Positions 54,188-64,000 of a DNA stretch of 64,000 bases are shown here, one piece after another; position 1 is the stretch's first letter, and each line of letters opens with the position of its first letter. The DNA is taken from positions 248,001 to 312,000 of the forward strand of contig CT868141.1 in assembly GCA_000165425.1 (NCBI GenBank). Reading direction: 5' to 3'. Position numbers and translations under genes: made by a program. The notes beneath the pieces are model-generated. The model made no database searches and was not told the origin of the DNA. It saw only the letters and a list, made by a program, of their open reading frames with translations. The stretch is from Paramecium tetraurelia. Lineage: Eukaryota.

Positions 54188-57040
54188 ATGATGTTAGTCA
54201 TTGCCTTTTATTTACCCTGCAATTGTTGTTAGTTGTTTTATGTATGAATTTTTAAACAATTGAAGTTTTCATATGAAGTTTAAGTACGACTGATGTCCAG
54301 CAGAAACTAAGAGTGAGTTTGTTGAATTCCTGAATTGTTCAATTGAAATAATTTCAAGTAGATTACTTTATAATAGGATTCCAAACTTGGTTTCTGTTTC
54401 AACCTTATTTTACCAACATCTAGTGCTAGTGCGCTATTGAATCAACTTACTATAACACCATGGAAGAATAGAAAACTATGAAGGAAATTAAGAGCAAATT
54501 GAAAAAGAATGTAGTTAACTTAATTTTAGGATAAACTCAATTGAATTTGGATGAAGAGAATCAAAAGAGAAAAAGAGACAATAAACTCTATTGAAAGAAA
54601 CACTAATTTTGCTTACCGCTGAAATCTGATTATTGGAACTTTTGAGATGGAAGAGAAGTTAAAGATTAGAGAGACAAAACTATCATAAACCAATAAACAA
54701 TCAATTCCCTTTAGATATTTGACGTAGATAGATTATTATTAGGCTACGTCCCTAGAGTGGAGTGCTTTATCAAGACCCCTGAATTATATCTAACAATAAA
54801 GATAGATCTGAAACTAAGATATCATAATTATTTGAAGTAGATAAATTAATTTTAGGTTCAAATCATAATGTTTGGTTCTCTAGTTGAACTCTTAAAATCT
54901 AAAGAAATAAACCCTATCAAAGATTTCAAAACTATTGTTTCTTTCAATGAAGAATTTATTAATTGAAGTAACTAACCTTATTTTAGATTCCTCACCTGAT
55001 GTATGTTTAGCAGAATTGAATAATAAAGTCATTTAGATATCTAATAATTCAAAATAAACGAAAAATGAAGAATTTTTTAAATTGGAAATGGATGATAATC
55101 AAAATTCAAATTAAAAGAAACAGATTCAGAAAGAATAGATCATAACTTTCAAGAAGATTTAACCTCTATTTATTAAGTAATGGATTCTATAATAGATTCA
55201 CTGAGACTAGTAGTTAATAGAAGAATTAAATAGAAGAATTAGAAGATTAAGACTTAAGTTTTTAAGTATTTATCATAACAAAATCAGAAAATACATGTTG
55301 TAATTGAAGATAAGCTACCCTACAGTACCCGAAGCCTTTTCCCTGATCAGATTTAACTTCTTTTCTTTCGATTCCGGAACCTTAAGAAACTATGGACTAA
55401 GACCTAGAATCTAAAGACCTGAGCCAGCAAATCAAGAGACAGACAATCAGAAGATTTAGCCATTAGACAGGTTCTAGTGCCACTTTGAGATGCCAAAAAT
55501 TACCAAAGAGACAGACAACAGAGAGAAACAGAAGTTTTCTACCTTGTTCTTTTCCAGTTGAGCCAAATAATCAATAATTCTTGAGAACCAAATGGTCTAC
55601 CCAATGAGACAAGACTTATGACAGCGAAGAAACGAAATTCTACATTGCCAGTAGCCAGAGAGAAACCACTATTTTAGAGTCCCCAAGATTCTTTTCTAAG
55701 AAATAAGTTTCTAAGATTCCCATTTCAGAATGATTCCCCAACTTCCTGTTTGACAAGATGCCCAAAAATTAATAATTCAGACTAAAGACTAATCTTTCTA
55801 AGAGCCCCTTTCCTGATATTAGACCGATCACGAAGATGAAAGAATCTACTGAAGACCAATCTCAGATCTACCCTTTGCATTTATATCTTATTGACCGAAC
55901 TTTGTTGAGCCCCAAGATTTTTCTAATTTACTTAATGAAAAGACAATTTCCTTTTAATTTTAAAAGAGAGTTCCCTCATACTTTAAGAGCCAATTCAAAC
56001 AAGATTATTTCTTAATATATACAAGTTTTTTGATGTCATAACGAAAGATCAACAAGAATTCCTTTTAAGAACCTAAAGAAAACTTCGAAAGATTTATGTT
56101 AATAATGCAGATGCTTATTTGTTATTTTAGTGCTTTTTTGACTACTCGAAAATCCCTTATTTTTCTAGAATACTAATTGAAGTGCCACCATCCTCTAATT
56201 TCTTGAAGACCCCAATAGACCAAATAAGACCCTTAATTCTAAATATAAGATTCTGAACTATCCTTAGACGAAAGACCCTTGTTAACTCTGTTTTAAGATT
56301 ACTTTTGTTAATTTGATGATACCGAATAATGAATTCCCTTATGTCCCTCCTTGAAATTAAATGAAAATTTGAGTTTGAAAGTGCGCTACCCCATTAAAGA
56401 GAAGCCAATCAATCAAGAGTTGTGCCTCCCCCCTTTAATGAGTTGTGACTTGAGCCACCAAACCAAATTGGAACAGTGCTGTTTTTTGTGATAAATGCCC
56501 GTTGCCCCTCCGAAGACCCAATTTGTGTCCAATGAATATTAATTCATGGAAAATTGGTCCCTTCCCATAAATTTTATGTTTGCCTAAGAATTGTGTGTGT
56601 GTGAAATTACGTCCCTTCAACACAATGATGTGTTTGATATAAAATCCCTTGAACGTTGTTAAGAGAGATCAGAAATGGACAATAGACATGCCGATTAGAG
56701 AGAAGCCTAAAAGGAGAAGATGGAGAGTAATAAAAAGGGCCATTATTGGAAGTTGAACATGCTTAAAAGAGAGAATAGGAAAATTTGGATCAGAGAATTG
56801 AATTGGAATTAGGAATCAAAAATTGGAAATGGAATCAGAATTCAGATTTGGAAATGGAAGAAAAAAAAAGAAGAATAAGCAAGAAAAGAGAAAAAAGGGC
56901 ATGAGATCACAAATTATGCTTACAGGTAAATATTTATTAATAGGTAAATGTATGATAATGGAATGAAATTGGCACAACAGAATTGATTCAGAGAACTTAG
57001 ACCATAGTGGAAAGAGCAATTTGGATCAAGTTTGGATGTG
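54188..57040 (+). pseudogene. Heavily degenerate gene: signal-peptide-like start, Pro/Glu/Asp-rich low-complexity middle, Cys-containing C-terminal region
   Basis: Coding-like composition with higher GC and many GAA/GAC/CCA runs, but TGA stops occur in all frames checked at the 5' and 3' ends. The hydrophobic N-terminus is split across frames. Confidence 0.4.
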
Positions 57041-57088
57041 AAGTTTATTCATTTGTACATAATTTAAATACAAAACAAATAAAAAATA

Positions 57089-58597
57089 TCAAATTTCTTA
57101 ATCATCTTTGAATTAACCCTTTTTCTTATTACTATTATTTTTGGCTGGAGTTGCCACTTGCCATTCAGGATATGAGGAATCTCTATCATGATGTAAATAA
57201 CTAAATTCTTATAATATATTACATCCAGATCTTTTTTTCTTAATCGTATTTAACACATGGATCACTTGATTAATGCAATCTGTCTAAGGCTCCTGAAATT
57301 ATAGAACTCATTTTCTCTTCTGGCAGATTCTCATTTATGTATTAAGAGTCTCTAACTAAATTTACAATGTCTGCTCTTGTACCAAATCCCTTTGGTAACC
57401 TAGCTGAGGCATCTCTGACAAGGGATAATATTGTAACATAAGTGGGTCTTTCGTTTTTAAGCAATTCATGTTATCTTGGCTTTTAACTTGATCCTGATAT
57501 TAATTTCTTAGCCACAGGAGCCACTGTTACTTTAGAACTATCGATGCACGTAAAGGTGTAAGGTTGAAGGGGATTTTAATATCTTTCTCTTTCTTATTTC
57601 CAATAGAACTCTAGCCATTCTTTATTGGTTTATCCGTTGGGAATGTTGGACTCTTGAAAATTTTATGTTTGATTTTTATTCTGCTGCTTTATTGATTTTT
57701 TGGCTTGCATTAAAGCCAGAGTCATAGCTGTAGTAGCAATTGAAGTTGAAGTTAAAGGTGGCAATGGGGTTATTGGGGTTATGATAAATAAGGATTGGGC
57801 TGATGGAATGAACTACTATTGGATTTAGGGTTGAGGTTATAAGGAATATTGTTAGACATTGGCTGAGGATTATGATTGAGATGTTTATGTTGAGAATCCA
57901 TCATCTTCCAATTCATCATTTTCATCTAATTTCACCTATTTACTGATCTCGTAATCCTCGGAAATCGATGATGGAGATCGCTAAAATATGATTCTTTTCT
58001 TTCTTTAAAGTGCATTCTAAATTCTATTTTGATCTTTATGAAAGCAATCATAGAGATTTGAATAGTATTCATTTAAATGGTTTCTTGAGATTTTCTACTC
58101 CAATTTTTCACAAATTTCTTTATTTCTGGTAAAATATCCACTTTTCATTTTCGTCAAGAAAATATTTAATGGGTTCCCGAAATGAAAATTTTTAGTGCCT
58201 TCAATCACATCTTAGAATAGTTGTAAATCAGCTTCAGGCAATAGACAACATAAAGAATCAATCTCCTGTTTTGTGAAATTCTCTACAGAAAAGACCTACG
58301 ATAAATATTTCAATACATTTTCTAAAGAAGCCAATGCCATAATGCTTAATGGGAAGGTATATTATTGGCCTTTGTAATACAGAATGACTTTGTCTCCCTA
58401 AAATACTAGAAAATATTAACACAAGATTTACTCACTTTATTCTTCGTCTTCACCTTCATCGCTTGAGAATTACTTAAAATTGTCATACAACATTTCTAAA
58501 CTATTTTATCCATACAATTACATTATTCCACAAACTATTCCAAGTTCTTTTTATTTGTTTAATAAGTCTTTTGATAATGGTCAACACGCGAATTCAT
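57089..58597 (-). CDS. NFRKB: NFRKB-like INO80-complex subunit (DEUBAD-like region plus conserved winged-helix-like region)
   Basis: HELLKNERPTYVTILSLVRDASARLPKGFGTRADIVNLVRDSQY..IISGALDRLHQSSDPCVKYD..IW.YLHHDR is the NFRKB signature. The upstream LCCLLP..NFHFGNPL is DEUBAD-like. Confidence 0.85.
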
Positions 58598-58627
58598 TAA
58601 AAATTTAGAATATAAGTTATTATAAAA

Positions 58628-61273
58628 TCAAATTTATGGTTCCTTTGAATTTTTGACTTCATTAATTACAGAGATTATATCGATAATCTTGATTGGCTTT
58701 GATACGAAAGCATCAAACCCTTTCTATTAGCATTTCTCTTTTTCTTTTAAATCGTCGTATCCAGTCAATGCAATAATATAGCTTTTAGGAAGGAGATTGT
58801 TGCTTTCCTATACTTGATTATATAATATGAATACCAATAATCGAATCTGCTCTGTTGCTTCATATCCATTCATGATAGGCATGGTCAAATCCATAAATAT
58901 ATATTGATATCTTTGTTCATTCATCATACGCAATTTTATCTTTTGAATCGCTTATTCTCCATTATAAGCTTCTTCAACCGTGATAAAATCATATTTTGTT
59001 AGAATCAATCTAAATGCGATCACATTCACAGGGGAATCATCAACAACTAAAATAGTACAAGGCTCTGGAAATAGCATTCTCATCATTTCATCAATAGATT
59101 CTTTTATCTGTAAGGGCTTTCGTTGTCTATTTTAGATTGCTGGTGACTCCGTACTATCAATATTATATCCTGGTGTATTCAGAGGACTATTATTATCTAC
59201 TTATTTATGTGTTCTTTAAATTTATTTAGCATTTGTTATTTCACTACTTAATTCAAGATACTATTCTATATTCTTTGACTTAGAATGATCAGAGTCTTCG
59301 ACACTGCATAAGTTACATAAATTATATAAGCCACCCTGATTTTCCCGTTTTATCAATGACTTTTTTGAAGTTTTCTTTCTCTAAACTTTTCTCAATTAGT
59401 AAATGGAATTGGATAGTTTTTTATCTTGAATTTCTTAAAGTGTTGAAATGCTTTTTTTATTTAATTTTTTTTAGTTTTGCAAAGGAGGTGCTAAAAGAGA
59501 TTGATTGAAAATAGTAAATTGTGATGTTAATAACTAATTTTCTGAGTTTTGATCATAGGATATCTATTTAGTATCTTATTTATAAAAGGTTGTCATTTCT
59601 TTTGAATTGGTAATGGTGGTCAGATTTCTTTAATCATTATTAATATAAACATCAAAACTAAATTTAGAACCAATTCCAACTTGACTGATCAAATCGATGT
59701 TATCTGTGGGTCCCAATAAGCCAACCAATTTTTTACATATAACTAGTCCCAAACCTATGCCATGCTTGTTTGAACCATTATTAGTGAAATCAAATGTTCC
59801 ATACATTTAAAATAACTTAGGCTTAATATTATCAGGTATACCGACTCCAGTGTCTGAAACACTTATTGTGATGAGTCTGACTTACTAATTCTCAATCTCA
59901 CTATTCTTATAATCAACAACAATATCGATTTTACCCTTTTGTGTAAATTTTAGAGAATTACTTAAGAGATTCAATAAAATTTATTTGATCCGATTGGGAT
60001 CAGAATACATCAATCTGTCTCCAAAAGTGATGTTCTTTTAGACAATGATTCCCTTCTGATTGGCTTACAAAGAAACCAAATCGATAATTTCTTAGACGAT
60101 GGCTTGGATGTAGAAGGTTGTATTAGTTAATCTTAGAGTGTTCTTTTGAATTCTGGAGAAGTCCAAGATATCACTGATCATGTACAACAACAATTGAGCC
60201 CACTTTTTTAATATGATTAAATAATTAATTTCGATTTGATCAACAACTATTCTAAGAAATTATTAAATATATAATTACTATTCCAAATATTGGACAATAG
60301 CAACAATTCCATTGATGGGAGTCTTGAAGTCATGTGACACACTTACTAAGAGATCGTCTTTGTATTGGTCTCTCAATTTTAATTCTTCAATTTATTATTG
60401 CTATTGTTTTTCAGATTGGGACTAGAAAATGAGCATAATGGCCGGTTATTGTTCCCAAATTACTTCGAGGACATCGATGTCTGCAGGAAAGTAATTCTTA
60501 ATTTACTCTTTTTCCTATAAGGTTGGAGTGAAGGATTCAAGAGTGCAATGCTCGAATCGCTTTTTACTGTGATATTAATATTATCTCTTTTTTAAAAACT
60601 TCTTTTTGTTTAAGTAAGTCCCCAGACACTCCTTATTGGATTTGGATGTGATGTTTTTGATAATCTAAGGAGTAAGTCCATAATAATCAATTTTAAATTA
60701 ATTGGTCATGAACTTGTATTCTAGTATTAAATTCATATCATACGCTCGTCTTGTATAACGCAAACAGATATAGGGAGGGATTCTTAAAAGAAATCAAAAA
60801 TTTGATCAATCTGCTGTTTTTCAATGTTGGGTGTTTTGTGTTTTATATACAGAGCTATTTATAAATTCAAATTCTTACTTCGAATGATCAAGATCAAATA
60901 TCCGAATATGGTTAGATATGCCAACGGTTATGAGTAAAAATGAGTCCTAAAAAGGAAGTAGAAGAGGCAAAACACAAAATAGATTACTTTCGATGTGTCG
61001 AGTAAGATGAAAGCACTCAATAAGAGTCTCACACTTAGATAGAAGCCTAAGGTCTAATTTAGAAATGGTTTTTACATCTTATTCCAAGTTTAACAATTCA
61101 TATGATAGACATACACTTCCTATAAGCAAAACCAATAATATTTTCTATCCGAAACATCCAAATATCAATAGTAAATCCATTAACAAATAGTAATTATCTG
61201 TTTATTCAGTAACTCCATTATAAATTGCTAGTATAATGGATTATAAAATCAATGTGGCAATAATAATTATCAT
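58628..61273 (-). CDS. Membrane-bound hybrid histidine kinase (TM helices, HisKA, HATPase_c, receiver)
   Basis: H-box LLASVSHDFKTPINGI, N-box RIKQILLNLLSNSLKFT, G1 VSDTGVGI and G2 GIGLGLVICKKLV. Receiver ILVVDD..IFMDLTMPIMNGYEA..IIALTG..FVSKP. Confidence 0.93.
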
Positions 61274-61382
61274 TTATTTTATTAAATATATATATACTAT
61301 TCTTTATTCTCAATTGCAGACATTCTCACAAAGTCACTCTCCTTTGACTTAAATTAATAATATATATAGAAATAAATATCGA

Positions 61383-63572
61383 TCAAAAATAATATTTGCT
61401 GAGTATTTTTTTAAGTTGTTGTGTATCTATGGGTTTAGGCAAGACATCATTCATTCCCGATTTATACGCTATGTCAATATTCTCTTTGCTATCGAAAGCA
61501 CTACACATAATAATGAATGACAAAATGTTCTTCTATTATAAAAACTATGAAATTTCTTTGCTGCATTGATAACCATCAATCCCAGGCATATCAATATCCA
61601 TGAAAATTAATTTATATCCACATTAACAAGTATCATACTTCTTCTTAACCATTTCGATGGCCATCACTCCATCATAAGCACTATCGCATTTTATATTAAA
61701 ATATTTTAAGACTGTAATGAATGCTAAATGATTGAAGGGAATATCATCTACAATCAATACATGACTGCAATGACATTACTTTTTAGTTTTACTTTAATAA
61801 GGGATCTAAATGAATTCATCAGTTGGTATTGTAAGAATCTCTTCCTGTGTACTTAGATCTTAAACGTAAAACCTTCCCTTTGTAAATTAATTTAATGAAC
61901 TCGTTATAGATAACTCGCCTTTATGGCATAATTTTAATGCGATTTAACTTGAAACCTTTAATCCAAGACCAACATATTAGATGTAATCTTCATCTCCTCT
62001 TTTTAGGATGTCAGTTTCTTGATTTTAGAGGATTTTGTTAATCAGATAGAGTTTTTCAACAGAGATCCCACAACCAGTGTCAAACACTTCAAATGAATAA
62101 ATTGAACCCATTCTGTTTATATTGAATTATATTAGGCCATTTTGTTTAGTAAATTTGACTGAATTATTTAATAAGTTTACTAAAATTTAGACTATTCTAT
62201 CATAGTCATTATTTATTGTGCTGTCATCACAAGTTTGAACAACAAAGTTAATTTATTTTTATCGGCATTCATCCTTAAAATAATAATCTATTGTTTGGAT
62301 TAATGTTGATATTTTAAATGAACTTGGTCTTAATTAGAATGTTGATGCTTCAAAATTAGCATAATCAAGAATATCGTTGATCTAATGTAACAGTTTTCTG
62401 TTTGAAATGATTGCAGGTTTTAAATAAGTCTATTCAATTTGTTAGTGTTATTATAGTTTTTCAGATTTTAATTCTTATTCTAATATTTATAAAAGGGCCA
62501 ATGAGCAATTTAATGGGGTTTTCAATTCATGAGAAAAAGAGTTTATCAGCATTGATTAAAACCGAAATCTTTCTCGAATTTCAAATTGTCTTTCTTTTTT
62601 TGATATATTCTGTATACAAATCATACTTCCTTAAGTAATCTCGTATATTTTAATTTCATATGTCTTGGTCGTAGTAGGATCTCTATATTTGAGAGCATTT
62701 TGATTAAAACTATCTGAGACTCCTCTATTTGTCTTGTGTTTGTTGATTATTTAAGAAATATCAATAAAATTACTAAATTATCTCTGTTAAGATATGGCTT
62801 TTTTTCTAGTCTGACTGAAAGATTATAATCTTTTCATCTAAAACTCAGACATTTAATCCTCAGAAGAATTGAATATGGATTTCTTGTCCAATTACTGTAG
62901 GCAAGCCCTTGAGTATTAAGACAAATTTACTTTTAAATCATCATAAACAATTGGGACTAAAAATTTTCTTCTTTGATATTTGAACAATATTTTTTCGCTT
63001 TGTAATTAGAATTTGTAATGTTTTATTTATCATCCAAAATGCAAATTCCAAATGGTAGAAAATTAAAGAGATCAAATACATCTTACTAATCTGTCTAGGA
63101 GTTTATGTTAAGATATGACAATTTTCTTTCAGATGATATCTAATTCTTACTGTTTAGTTATTTACTATCCTAAAAATAAATAATTTGATACATAGGAGTA
63201 GATGTAGAATATGAATGATACAAATAGAATTCCTAAGTAAACCCAATCTATGATTTGGAAAACTTTGAAATAAATAAAGCTTACACGACAGCAATAAAGG
63301 ACCAGTATTACGATCTTAAACTTGATGTTAAAATTTATAGACACAATAATTGGAGGCGTAAATTAGTGATCAAAGAAACATAACTCTAGGAGGAGTAATA
63401 TTCTTATGTATTTCCAAATCGAATGTAGATTCTTCTTGAGCAAAATGACTTACACCATTAAATTGGCTGCTGATATTATTATGAGATAGATATCCTAAGA
63501 GAAACTTGCAGTAATGAGATGTTTAAGAGCAAATAAAATTTGTATTCCTCTTCTACTTTTATATTTAATCAT
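61383..63572 (-). CDS. Second membrane-bound hybrid histidine kinase
   Basis: H-box SFSHELKTPLNC, N-box RIVQILVNLLNNSVKFT, VFDTGCGI and VGLGLKVS. Receiver VLIVDD..IFMDIDMPGIDGY..MCSAF..LPKP. Confidence 0.92.
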
Positions 63573-63659
63573 CTAATTTAAATAATTAATGTGAAATATA
63601 AATTTCTTAATAAATTAGCAATGTTTAGGATGAAAACTTAAATAATAACAGAAATCATG

Positions 63660-64000
63660 ATATCAAATGAAAATTAATCTTATTAAGATAAAAATACTGA
63701 AAATGTGTGAATGTTAAATCATTCTGGCGATTGTTAGAATTAGAATTATTCATCAGACATCTGTCTCCGCTTAAATTATTGGGCTGCTTAAATAAAGATA
63801 TGTCATTACATGAAAGCATTCTTCCTGTCGATCTACTTTCAAGTGATTTCCTGGCTAAATCATTAAAATCTTGATTGAGTTCTAAAATAATAAATAAATA
63901 TAACTTGTCCTCTTTAATATAATTTATTTGTAAATTTATTTCTTTTCATTGTCAGGTTACCAATAATTTTTGTTGTAAATTGACGAAGCAGATTGCAGTC
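63660..64000 (-). CDS. 3' end of an unidentified gene entering from the window edge
   Basis: Coding-like composition with intron-like GT..AG segments (near 63940-63960 and 63885-63905). No motif recognised and the stop position is uncertain. Confidence 0.3.

Noticed and set aside
1..64000. Transposons, retained IESs, telomeric repeats, CRISPR arrays, tRNA or rRNA
   Set aside because: No transposase or reverse-transcriptase motifs, terminal repeats, C4A2/C3A3 arrays or repeat-spacer arrays were seen. The VPS13 disruptions look like single bases rather than TA-bounded insertions. A short tRNA or IES could still be missed by eye.

Overview
This is eukaryotic, very AT-rich, gene-dense ciliate DNA, most likely macronuclear DNA of a Paramecium species. 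The genus is inferred from three things: in-frame TAA/TAG read as Gln, TGA as the only stop, and GT..AG introns of about 22-31 nt. The supplied ORF track uses the standard code, so it fragments every gene; the calls below were re-translated by hand with the ciliate code (table 6), and exon boundaries are approximate. Recognisable genes are RPS8, a polycystin-2-like channel, a 9.9-kb VPS13 with an internal PH domain, a two-TM ciliate protein with an ASIC/ENaC-like TM2 motif, a Rab6-like GTPase, an ankyrin-DHHC protein, CFAP57, a 9.5-kb IP3R/RyR-like Ca2+ release channel, a Ser/Thr kinase, a RING/TRAF zinc-finger protein, an EF-hand protein, LSM6, an RRM/zinc-knuckle SR protein, NFRKB and two tandem hybrid histidine kinases. 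There are also several hypothetical genes and decaying pseudogenes. No rRNA, tRNA, CRISPR or transposon could be supported. The most interesting signals are: an oversized 79-nt intron with competing splice sites inside the SR protein's zinc knuckle (candidate splicing/NMD autoregulation); a DHHC motif changed to QFHS (candidate pseudo-enzyme); the ASIC-like motif; five +1 frameshifts in VPS13; and divergent gene pairs with only 10-18 nt between start codons.
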